The notes below the pieces were generated by a model, which saw only the letters and a list, made by a program, of their open reading frames with translations, was not told the DNA's origin and did no database searches. A DNA stretch of 41,349 nucleotides from Promethearchaeia archaeon (lineage in GTDB: Archaea; Asgardarchaeota; Lokiarchaeia; Sigyniarchaeales; SOKP01): contig JAHQWH010000064.1 of NCBI GenBank assembly GCA_029856105.1, positions 1-41,349 on the forward strand, in the 5' to 3' direction. This document shows positions 9,820 through 18,388 of this stretch, in pieces. Position 1 is the stretch's first letter; each line of letters opens with the position of its first letter. Both the position numbers and the translations under genes were made by a program.

Positions 9820-10341
9820 TTAATAATTTTGGCGTTCTAATATTTTTTTCGTTAATAATCCAAAAACGTTATTTACATTATCTCCAGATTTGCTCGAAAC
9901 CTTTAAATAATCAAATAAATCGAATGCTTCTTTAAATTCCAAAGCATAATCATCATCAACCATAATATCATCAACCAAATCAGTTTTAGTCCCTAAAAAG
10001 AGAATTGGTAAATCGGGATCGTTCTTTCTGCAAATTTCAACCCATTGTTCTAATTTTTCTAAGGTAATTGGGCGGGTTAGGTCAAAAAGTAATAATGCGC
10101 CCTTAGCGCCTAAAACATAGCTTTCTAATAGAAATCTAAACCGTTGCTGTCCTCCAAAATCCCATAATTGCAGCGTGCAGTGATTACTATTGATTTCTAC
10201 CTCTTTAAGGAAAAATTCAACACCGATAGTCATACGAGTTTCGCCACTGAATTTTCCATCTACAAATCTATGAAGAAGTGTGGTTTTTCCTACGCCACCC
10301 TCGCCAGCAAGGAGGATCTTTAAGATAAACTTTTTAGTCAT
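9820..10341 (-). CDS. Rab-like small GTPase (Ras superfamily)
   Basis: G1 GEGGVGKT, G2 TIGVEF, G3 WDFGGQQRFR, G4 TKTD, G5 SSK. Confidence 0.92.
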   Translation of the reverse strand: MTKKFILKILLAGEGGVGKTTLLHRFVDGKFSGETRMTIGVEFFLKEVEINSNHCTLQLWDFGGQQRFRFLLESYVLGAKGALLLFDLTRPITLEKLEQWVEICRKNDPDLPILFLGTKTDLVDDIMVDDDYALEFKEAFDLFDYLKVSSKSGDNVNNVFGLLTKKILERQNY

Positions 10342-10572
10342 AATATAATCGCATAATCGAATAAAAGTTTTAAATAGAAGCTTAAAAGAACGCCTTAATT
10401 TCTAATCAAATTTTAAGTTTGTAATTTAATATAGATATTATACAAAAATTTTCTTATATAATTCTTTTTAATTACAAAAGAAATCCGAAACACCATTGAA
10501 CAATTAATATTTATTTTAAAATTTCTTATAGTTAATTGCACTTTTCAATCAATTATTAGATTAAAACAAATA

Positions 10573-10860
10573 GTGTTGAAAATGAAAAAGATAATACCAA
10601 CAGAGGAAGAGTTAACTAAATTACGAGTTAAATCATGGGGCGTTTGGGAAAAAGAGAAGAGTATTTTTGATTGGTCTTACGATAGTACGGAAACTTGTTA
10701 CATGTTAGAAGGAGAAGTCGAAGTAACGGATAATGCAACTGGGGAAAAACTAGAATTTAAAAAAGGGGATTTAGTACAATTTCCTAAAGGGTTAAAATGC
10801 GTTTGGAACGTTAAGAAACCCGTAAAGAAGTATTATAATTTTGGAGATTTAGATATTTAA
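10573..10860 (+). CDS. Small cupin (DUF861/Cupin_3-like)
   Basis: W.VWE...S.FDW.Y...ETCY.LEGEV...GDLV.FPKG..C.W.V pattern. Confidence 0.85.
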   Translation: MLKMKKIIPTEEELTKLRVKSWGVWEKEKSIFDWSYDSTETCYMLEGEVEVTDNATGEKLEFKKGDLVQFPKGLKCVWNVKKPVKKYYNFGDLDI

Positions 10861-11035
10861 TTTGAATTAATTCAATTTTTTTTCTATCTTATTTTTTAAT
10901 TATTTTTTCGATATTTGGTAAAACTATTATATAATTAACTGACGAATTATTAATCGAGGTTAATATTTGTGAAATTCTATTTCAATAAAATAGATCTAAA
11001 TAAAAATTAAAATTTCTAATAAGGGGCAAATTTTA

Positions 11036-13144
11036 ATGGAGGAATTAGAACGTAAACCATTTCTTCTAGAAAAGAATATTAAAATTTTTTTTGATGGTAT
11101 ACCGATACCGTCTTATGTTTGGCAAGAGAAAAATAACGATTTTATACTAATTGATTATAATAAAGCAGCTGAAAAAGTAACTAACGGAAAAATTAAGGAT
11201 CTTTTACATAAGAAAGCATCTGAAATTCATGAAGATAGAATAGATATTATTGAAGCGTTAAATCAATGTTTTCAAGAGAAAAAAAGTATTTATAAAATAT
11301 CTGAATATACTATGAAAACAACTGGCGAGGAAGTTTATGATTCCCTTAAAATGCATTTTCTACCACCCGATTTGATAATTGTTCATATAAATGATACAAA
11401 GCAATGGAAACTAGCGGAAAAAAAGCTTATGGCTTCTGAAGAAAAATATAGACAATTATTCGAACATTCACCTGAATCAATTGTGCTATTAAAATTAAAC
11501 GGGACAATATTCGATGTTAATGTTGCAACAGAAGTGCAATCTGGTTATAAAAAAGACGATTTACTAAACAAGAATTATTTGAAGTTAGCAGTGTATCCTT
11601 CAAACCTTATTCCATTATTTAAATCAAAAATGACTCGTTTATTAGAGGGAAAACCTATTAACCCTATTGAATTTGAAATATACAAAAAAGACGGAAGTAA
11701 AGCATGGATAAGAAGTCAAATCTCGTTGATAAAGGTCGGTGAAGAGCAATTAATCCAAGCGTTTTTAATCGATATCACTGAGCGTAAAAATTTCGAACAA
11801 AAAATTAGGCGAAAACTTGAAAACGAAAAATTCATTTCTACCATTTCATCAAGGCTTATTGGTAATATTGATATTGATAAGGCAATTAGCGAATCGCTTC
11901 TTGATATGGGAATTCTAATTGGTGCTACACGGGCATATATTTTACTGTTTAACGAAAAGGATTCTCTTGAATTTTATATCCAAGAATGGTGTGCTAAAAG
12001 AATTGAACCCCAAACGATTAACTTAACAACTATAGATTATAAAAAGTTTCCTTGGAGTTCAAAGCAAAGTAGAGAAAAAAATTTTATTTATATTAAAGAT
12101 ATATCAGAATTACCAGAAGAAGCAAGCGCAACAAAAAGAGAATTTGAAAAATTGAAGATTAATTCCTTACTTGTTTTTCCAATTAAAATTAAAAACGAAT
12201 TATATGGGTTCATAGGATTTGATAATATTGAACTGGTAAGTAAATGGGAAGAAGAAGATTTTTATTTACTCAAAACTACATCTGAAATTATTAGTAACGC
12301 TTTAGAACGCAAATGGTCCGAGGAAACATTGAAAGGAAGCCATCAATTACTAGCAGGGGTCCTTTCTTCTTTAACAGACACGATTTATCTTGTAGATAAT
12401 CATTTAAATATTATCTGGGTTAATAATGTAGCAAAACAAACATTTGGAATGCAATTAACTGGTAAAAAATGTTACAACGTTTTAATGCATCGCGGTAAAC
12501 CTTGTAAAGAGTGTATGGTCCTAAAAACCTTTTTAGATGGAAAAATTCACGAGAAAGAAAACGAATACGTCGACATAATTGGGAGCAAAATGGTCTGTTG
12601 GACTACTTCAAGTGCAGCTGGATTAAACCTCGAAGGAGAAACAGAACTGGCGATTGTGATAATACGCGACATTACAGCACGCAAATTAACAGAGGATTCA
12701 TTAATACAATCTGAAATTAGTTTGAAATTATTAAATGAAACCCTAATCCATAAAGTTGAGGAAAAAGCTATAGAATTAAAAGAATCAGAAGAAAATTATA
12801 AAAGAATGCTAAACGATTTAGATGTAGGATTTTATAAAGGAGAGTTCAAGGAAAAGTTATTAATACACAATGCGGCGTTTAATAAGATATTAGGTTTGAG
12901 TGAATCCATATCGCTGGTTGGATCTAAATCTTCCCAATTTTTTGTGGACGCAAATGATCAAAAAACATATTATAAAGATTTATTAGAAAAGGGTTATGTT
13001 AGAAATTTTACTTTTCAAATTAAATCTCCTGATGGGGAGATAATAAATGTCCAATTAAATTCTCATTTAATAAGGGATGATAAAGGTAATCCCAAAGAAG
13101 TCGAAGGTACGATCATTAAATTAACATACAATAATAAAAAGTAA
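11036..13144 (+). CDS. Multi-PAS/GAF sensory protein with no evident output domain
   Basis: PAS/PAC signatures (SEEKYRQLFEHSP, KKDGS..W, DITERK, RDITARK, IRDDKGNP) and a GAF domain (EWCA, SLLVFPI, GFIGFD); no His-kinase H box seen. Confidence 0.85.
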   Translation: MEELERKPFLLEKNIKIFFDGIPIPSYVWQEKNNDFILIDYNKAAEKVTNGKIKDLLHKKASEIHEDRIDIIEALNQCFQEKKSIYKISEYTMKTTGEEVYDSLKMHFLPPDLIIVHINDTKQWKLAEKKLMASEEKYRQLFEHSPESIVLLKLNGTIFDVNVATEVQSGYKKDDLLNKNYLKLAVYPSNLIPLFKSKMTRLLEGKPINPIEFEIYKKDGSKAWIRSQISLIKVGEEQLIQAFLIDITERKNFEQKIRRKLENEKFISTISSRLIGNIDIDKAISESLLDMGILIGATRAYILLFNEKDSLEFYIQEWCAKRIEPQTINLTTIDYKKFPWSSKQSREKNFIYIKDISELPEEASATKREFEKLKINSLLVFPIKIKNELYGFIGFDNIELVSKWEEEDFYLLKTTSEIISNALERKWSEETLKGSHQLLAGVLSSLTDTIYLVDNHLNIIWVNNVAKQTFGMQLTGKKCYNVLMHRGKPCKECMVLKTFLDGKIHEKENEYVDIIGSKMVCWTTSSAAGLNLEGETELAIVIIRDITARKLTEDSLIQSEISLKLLNETLIHKVEEKAIELKESEENYKRMLNDLDVGFYKGEFKEKLLIHNAAFNKILGLSESISLVGSKSSQFFVDANDQKTYYKDLLEKGYVRNFTFQIKSPDGEIINVQLNSHLIRDDKGNPKEVEGTIIKLTYNNKK

Positions 13145-13182
13145 TCTAATAGAAAGAAAATAACTAATAAAGTCTATTTAAC

Positions 13183-13737
13183 TCACGAAAACCTTTGTTT
13201 ATCTCGATATTCTTTAACGGAAACTTCTCGCACCTCTAACCTACTATTTTCTATTAAAGTTTCTTCGATAGCTTTAATTTCATCTCTAGTTTTAATATCG
13301 CTTTTTTTAAGTTTCTCAAGAATTTCTTTTTCTCCTAATCCCTTAGTATAATACTCCCTAAATTTTTCAACAGTCTCCTCGTTGTAAAAAATATAGTGTC
13401 TATTCGTAAAAATAATCAACCAATTCTTCTTGTTTTGCTTTTTCGATAAATGGTGCATCTTTTCTTGGATTTGGGGTAAGGGACGTTTAAGCTTTCTAGC
13501 AACCATTTTATCTTCGATTGAGCTACAATCCGATAAAAATTTTTTAAGTTTTTTATTAAAAAATAGAGTTGGAATGTAAGAAAGGGCAAATAGTACTATA
13601 GTAATAACAGTCATTATTATCGCTGCTAGTGGATAAAATATAAAAACGATAAGAATTGCAATAACAAGAAATATAAACCATTTTCTTCCAATTGTCTTTA
13701 GTGTTTTTACGAATTTGCTAGGCATACAAATCTTCAA
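13183..13737 (-). CDS. Hypothetical membrane protein (two N-terminal TM helices, basic cytoplasmic domain)
   Basis: Hydrophobic stretch at aa ~20-60 in a 184-aa ORF. Confidence 0.65.
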   Translation of the reverse strand: MKICMPSKFVKTLKTIGRKWFIFLVIAILIVFIFYPLAAIIMTVITIVLFALSYIPTLFFNKKLKKFLSDCSSIEDKMVARKLKRPLPQIQEKMHHLSKKQNKKNWLIIFTNRHYIFYNEETVEKFREYYTKGLGEKEILEKLKKSDIKTRDEIKAIEETLIENSRLEVREVSVKEYRDKQRFS

Positions 13738-13808
13738 ATTATGGTTAATTTGTTCTAATTTTATAATTTATGGGTTAAAAAATCGGTATAACCATATAAA
13801 TTACCGCA

Positions 13809-13959
13809 TTCTGGGTTCCCGAACCATCTGTTCGGCAGATTGTTTTTCGGATGTGACCAGGTTTTATCCTGTAATACCATGACCGTAGCCGAAGCTACAG
13901 TTTGCAAGTTCCCATAGACTTTCAACTACAGTACTATTTGCAACGCAAAACAGTTTAAC
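13809..13959 (-). rRNA. rrf: 5S rRNA gene, circularly permuted and intron-containing (exons 13959-13846 and 13815-13809)
   Basis: The 3' half of 5S (GUUAAA, helix V UUGCAA/UUGCAA, loop E AGUA/GAA, helix IV CUGUAG/CUAUGG with GAAA loop, helix I strand CUGUAGC) precedes UUCG and then the 5' half (GCUACGG UCAUG, helix II, AAC CUGG UCACAUCCGAA); all five helices can be drawn. Confidence 0.88.
13816..13845 (-). other. Predicted 30-nt BHB-type intron in 5S rRNA loop C
   Basis: Central helix UCCG/CGGG, 3-nt bulges AAA and AAC, intron stem AAC.AUCUG/CAGAU.GUU; removal restores CCGAAC-CCAG. Confidence 0.7.
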
Positions 13960-14095
13960 TTCCAGGCGAAAAATTTTTTTTTTAAAAAATTTATATGGTT
14001 TATTTTTTTTTCAACAACCATCTTATAAATTCGGCTATATTATTGTAAAATGCTTTCTTTATATGGTTGCAAGTATATAGAGTAGTAAAGACTAG

Positions 14096-14110
14096 TAATT
14101 AAACTTTTTC
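14096..14110 (-). promoter_or_regulatory. Candidate BRE/TATA promoter for the 5S precursor (alternative TATA TTTATAAG at 14029-14022)
   Basis: Minus strand reads GAAAAAG-TTTAATTA; similar AAAAAG-TT(T)AA elements lie upstream of ACAD paralogs 2 and 3. Confidence 0.4.
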
Positions 14111-14157
14111 ATAATGAATCGTTAAATTTAAAAGGAATAGCACATGACGCTTTAATT

Positions 14158-16305
14158 TCATTCCAATTTTCTACGGTCGTTTTTGTACCTTCTAATTCCA
14201 ACTATTATAATTGTTGACGATATTCCTGCCAAACCTACAATCATAATTGACGCAATAACTAGAACGAAGTCCGTAAATGGTTTAGGTATTGTAAAACTGA
14301 AATTATGCTCGTAATGAACGGTAGTATTATTTGTAAAGTCTCTCGCAATTACGAGGTATGAATATTCTCCAGGCTCCATTTTGTTTAAGGTAATGTTAAA
14401 CTCCCCTTTATTTTCATTGAAATGGTTAGATAATCTATGAGTCGAAAAGTCCGTGAAATTATTCTTTGATATTAGTAAAAATACGCTTTCGATTCCAGAA
14501 TGATTATCACTAGCGTTAATAGAAAACCGAAGATTATCAGATACTGTGGGGTTTATTGGTGCATAACTTACATTAGATACCATGGGATTGTCTGTATCTT
14601 TAAGCGTAGTAAAGTTATGATAGGAAGGAATTATATTATGACCCGTAATAATTGTACTATAATTCTCGTTTGCTCCAATTGGTAATCTAAAATCTACAAA
14701 CCCATTTTTATCAGCATAAACAGTTCGATATTTCCCATCTGTAGTTCTTAAGTTAATTCTTGCTCTCGGAACAATATTACCAAGATTATCTCTAACATGT
14801 AATGAAACGAGCTGACCTTCGTAAAAATTTTCGGTAAATTGATTTGGAACGCTTCTATATATGTCTGTGTATATATCCAGTTCGGGGTCGCCTAGTAAAT
14901 TGTATGTTAGAATATTTTTACGTTGCCACTCTTGCACCATTGAAGCGTCACCTCTTTTGAAGTAATCGCTATTCATATAGGTAACCTTAGAATCGTATAA
15001 CGCCCTTCCTTGTTGGAACTTTTTTTCATCGAAAAACTCTTTCCAAAACAATTTAGCGTTGCCACGATTTAGTTTTTCAAGATTTTCATCAAATTCATAA
15101 TACCAACTTACTCTTATAGCTCCTATGTAGCCCACTGCTCCCGCTAAAGGTCGTTTTATTAAACGCTCTCCTATGCTATAATCGCCTTGATCGTAAGAAG
15201 AAGTTGTACACACATCGGCGTAGAACAACGAAGGCATGTTTATATTGCTGCTTGATAAAGCATTTCCATTATCATAATATATTGTAGGGCTATCATCAGT
15301 AATCTTAGTTGGATCCCCATGACCAGCAATTATCACTGTAGAATAACCTAAATTAAACTCGTCAATAAAACTTGTAGCATTAAGAGGACTAAGCATATTT
15401 GGGCGTTCTGGATCGCTTGGCGTAAAATTGGAAGTAGTTTTTGTTAAATGCGTAAAATTCATTTCTGATACGACATAGTTCTGCCAAATATATTCTGTTA
15501 AGCGAGCCTCGTCTTCAGGTGGCACATATGAAGAAACGCCCCCTGCTAATAGCATTTTATTCATCCAATCTCCCATAAAAGGATCTGTTTCATATTTTAA
15601 AGTTTTGTTGATCATATCAGAGAGCTCTACAATATTATTAGCTGGTAGACGACCAACATAGATTTCTGGTATCCACGATACTTCATCAATATTTCCCGTG
15701 TATTCCGAAGATTCGCCCCATATACTATTGTTATTATCGTCCCACGATCCTGTTAAATCAGCGTAATAAAAATCAGTTGGTTTATAATAATCGTCCCAAT
15801 TCAAATATTCAGATTCACCACCTATTAGCGTTACATCTGGGTTATATACATATCTTATAGGAATTAAATTATCTTCAGCATCGCCGGCGAGAAGAACCCA
15901 TTGAATGTTTTCCTTTTCGTAATACTCTTTTATCATATTTCGAATTTGCTCTGCTTTATCCCTACCTTCATAATCCGAATAGTTGGATAAAACGATGGTT
16001 TTAACCCCTTTCTCGTTTTTCCATTCCATTAAGGGGGTAACAGCATCCAAAAAACTCGTGTCATTTATAATTATAAGCATCTCTATCTTTTGATCGTACC
16101 AAGTGGCGTTTAATGTTTCATAGTCAATTTCTGGCAATTGAGACAAATCAATTTCGGGGACGTTATTGGCTGTTTTCAATTTGTTTAATAGATTCTTATC
16201 ATTTGTAATTGGACTGCTAAATTCTATCATAAGGCTTACAACTGGAATAAGAACCAATATAATTAGTGAAAAAATTGCAAGTTTCTTAAAACCTGTTTTA
16301 GTCAT
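14158..16305 (-). CDS. Peptidase C25 (gingipain) family cysteine protease, membrane anchored
   Basis: WKNEKG, WVLLAGD, TDFYYADL, YVGRLP, AGHG (catalytic His), DVCTT (catalytic Cys), YNLLGDP; N- and C-terminal hydrophobic helices. Confidence 0.88.
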   Translation of the reverse strand: MTKTGFKKLAIFSLIILVLIPVVSLMIEFSSPITNDKNLLNKLKTANNVPEIDLSQLPEIDYETLNATWYDQKIEMLIIINDTSFLDAVTPLMEWKNEKGVKTIVLSNYSDYEGRDKAEQIRNMIKEYYEKENIQWVLLAGDAEDNLIPIRYVYNPDVTLIGGESEYLNWDDYYKPTDFYYADLTGSWDDNNNSIWGESSEYTGNIDEVSWIPEIYVGRLPANNIVELSDMINKTLKYETDPFMGDWMNKMLLAGGVSSYVPPEDEARLTEYIWQNYVVSEMNFTHLTKTTSNFTPSDPERPNMLSPLNATSFIDEFNLGYSTVIIAGHGDPTKITDDSPTIYYDNGNALSSSNINMPSLFYADVCTTSSYDQGDYSIGERLIKRPLAGAVGYIGAIRVSWYYEFDENLEKLNRGNAKLFWKEFFDEKKFQQGRALYDSKVTYMNSDYFKRGDASMVQEWQRKNILTYNLLGDPELDIYTDIYRSVPNQFTENFYEGQLVSLHVRDNLGNIVPRARINLRTTDGKYRTVYADKNGFVDFRLPIGANENYSTIITGHNIIPSYHNFTTLKDTDNPMVSNVSYAPINPTVSDNLRFSINASDNHSGIESVFLLISKNNFTDFSTHRLSNHFNENKGEFNITLNKMEPGEYSYLVIARDFTNNTTVHYEHNFSFTIPKPFTDFVLVIASIMIVGLAGISSTIIIVGIRRYKNDRRKLE

Positions 16306-16433
16306 TTAAAATCAATTAAATAAAAAGCGTCTTGTTTTATAATTATTTTTAGAGTAAATAATATGTTTTCAAATATTACAACTAATTAAAAATAAGAACG
16401 TGTATTTTATTTAAATAAAATTGAGAATTTATT

Positions 16434-16661
16434 ATGCCGCTTCGATTTAACACTTGTCCCTTTTGCCACGAGAAAATAGTATTTACCATAGAGATAGAAG
16501 ATATAGATTCATCTCAATATCCCGCTCCGGTGTATATCCTTCATAAAAGCAAATCTTGTGGTAAAACATCTACTTTTTATGTCGATAGCCTTTTAAGAGT
16601 TTCGTATAAAGAACTTGAGAAAAAACCTGGGGCGATTAAAACGTTAGAAACAACCAAGTAA
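16434..16661 (+). CDS. Small putative Zn-binding protein
   Basis: CPFC ... H....C ... FYVD motif, 75 aa. Confidence 0.6.
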   Translation: MPLRFNTCPFCHEKIVFTIEIEDIDSSQYPAPVYILHKSKSCGKTSTFYVDSLLRVSYKELEKKPGAIKTLETTK

Positions 16662-16795
16662 GATTTCTCTTAAGAATTTTATGTAAATCTTATATGTAAC
16701 GATTAATTTAATAGAAATACTGCTTTTTATTTTTGTAGCGAGTTTAGAAGATTTATTTAATTATTACTAACCAAAGTAGAATAGTTTAAGCTGAT

Positions 16796-18367
16796 ATGAC
16801 TAACGATTTAGAAGAGGTTTCAGGAATAGGAAAAGCAACAGCAGACAGGTTGAGAGCGTCTGGCATTGATACAGTTGAAAAATTAGCTTCAACGACTCCA
16901 GAAGAATTAACTAAGTTAAAAATCAAGGGAGTAGGTGAATCTACAGCTTTAAAGTATATTAAGAACGCTCAGAAATTAATTAAAGAAAAACCAAGTGATA
17001 CTAAACCTAAATTAAAGAAAGAAGAAGCTCCACCCAAGCCAGAAAAACATCAAAAACATGAACCAACTAAAAAACAAAAGCCAGTAAAAGGGAGTAATCT
17101 TAAAGAATTAATAAAAAAACAAGCAGAATGTAATATTGGATTAGTGGGTCATGTAGACCACGGTAAGACCACGCTAGTTAAGACCTTAACGGGCGATTGG
17201 ACGGATAGACATTCTGAGGAAATAGAGAGAGGGATTTCGATAAAACTAGGATATTCAAATGCGACTATTCTATACTGCCCTGAATGCGATGAATATCTTA
17301 CATATCATATGGCAGAATCTGCTAGAAAAAAAGGTCAACCAAGATTTGTTTGCCCCAACTGTAAAAAAAATTTAGAGTTTAGAAGAAATATTTCCTTCGT
17401 CGATGCTCCTGGCCACGAAATCTTAATGGCTACTATGTTAAGTGGAGCTTTTTTAATGAATGGCGCGTGTTTACTAATTGCCGCTGACGACGTTTGTCCC
17501 CAGCCACAAACGAGAGAACATTTAGCCGCATTGAATATTGCGGGAATCGAGAATATTATTATCATCCAAAATAAAATTGATGCTGTGTCAAAAGAGCAAG
17601 CGTACGAAAATTATAAGCAAATAAAAGCGTTTGTAAAAAATTCAATTGCTGAAAACGCTCCAATTATACCTATTTCCGCCGTTTTTGGCGTTAATATCGG
17701 TCTGATAGTTCGAGCGTTCGAAGAAATAATACCTTCTCCTAAAATTCGTGAAGATGAAGAATTTCAATTCTTAATTGCTAGATCTTTCGACATAAATCGC
17801 CCAGGCACAGAAATCAGTAAACTACGTGGCGGAGTTATAGGGGGTTCCGTATTAAAAGGTAAAATTAAGGTTGGTGAAGAAATCGAAATTAGACCGGGAC
17901 TTCGAGTTAAGAACGATTTTATACCAATTAAAACTGAAATAGTAAGTATTAGCCAAGGGAATAATCTTTTAGAAGAAGCTAATCTCGGAGGTCTAATTGG
18001 ATTAGGGACTAAATTAGATCCCGCCTTGACAAAGGGAGACTCTCTGATAGGGCATTTGGTTGGCAAAACTAACACATTACCCGAAATTGTTTCTCAAGTA
18101 GAGTTAAAAGTCAACCTTTTAGAAAGAGTAATTGGTTCTGAAATGCAAATAAGGGTTCAACAACTTAAACATAACGAAAAGCTCTTGTTAGTTGTTGGTA
18201 CTGAAAAAACAGCAGGAATTGTTACAAAAATTTTAAAAAATTCATATATTCTAAATTTAAGTCCACCTATTTGCCCTCTTGAGAATTCTATATTTGCGAT
18301 TTCTAGAATTATTAATAGACGTTATCGATTAATAGGATATGGTAAACTTTTTAATCAAAATCAGTGA
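16796..18367 (+). CDS. eif2g: Translation initiation factor aIF-2 gamma with N-terminal HhH domain
   Basis: NIGLVGHVDHGKTT, RGISIKLGY, Zn knuckle, FVDAPGHEILMATMLSGA, PQPQTREH, QNKID, RSFDINRPG, RYRLIGYG. Confidence 0.95.
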   Translation: MTNDLEEVSGIGKATADRLRASGIDTVEKLASTTPEELTKLKIKGVGESTALKYIKNAQKLIKEKPSDTKPKLKKEEAPPKPEKHQKHEPTKKQKPVKGSNLKELIKKQAECNIGLVGHVDHGKTTLVKTLTGDWTDRHSEEIERGISIKLGYSNATILYCPECDEYLTYHMAESARKKGQPRFVCPNCKKNLEFRRNISFVDAPGHEILMATMLSGAFLMNGACLLIAADDVCPQPQTREHLAALNIAGIENIIIIQNKIDAVSKEQAYENYKQIKAFVKNSIAENAPIIPISAVFGVNIGLIVRAFEEIIPSPKIREDEEFQFLIARSFDINRPGTEISKLRGGVIGGSVLKGKIKVGEEIEIRPGLRVKNDFIPIKTEIVSISQGNNLLEEANLGGLIGLGTKLDPALTKGDSLIGHLVGKTNTLPEIVSQVELKVNLLERVIGSEMQIRVQQLKHNEKLLLVVGTEKTAGIVTKILKNSYILNLSPPICPLENSIFAISRIINRRYRLIGYGKLFNQNQ

Positions 18368-18388
18368 AAACAATCATCTTTATATTAT

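Larger units (their letters stand above)
13790..14000 (-). repeat. Perfect 13-bp inverted repeat bracketing the 5S gene (precursor processing stem)
   Basis: aaccatataaatt (13790-13802) and aatttatatggtt (13988-14000) are exact reverse complements. Confidence 0.8.

Noticed and set aside
13846-13966. Fragment of two tandem normal 5S genes
   Set aside because: The halves are joined by only 4 nt (UUCG), each half occurs once, and the flanks form a processing stem rather than continuing as 5S sequence.
13801-13970. tRNA, SRP RNA or riboswitch as the identity of the GC-rich intergenic island
   Set aside because: No cloverleaf/T-loop or SRP helix-8 pattern, whereas all five 5S helices and the loop A/C/E motifs fit.
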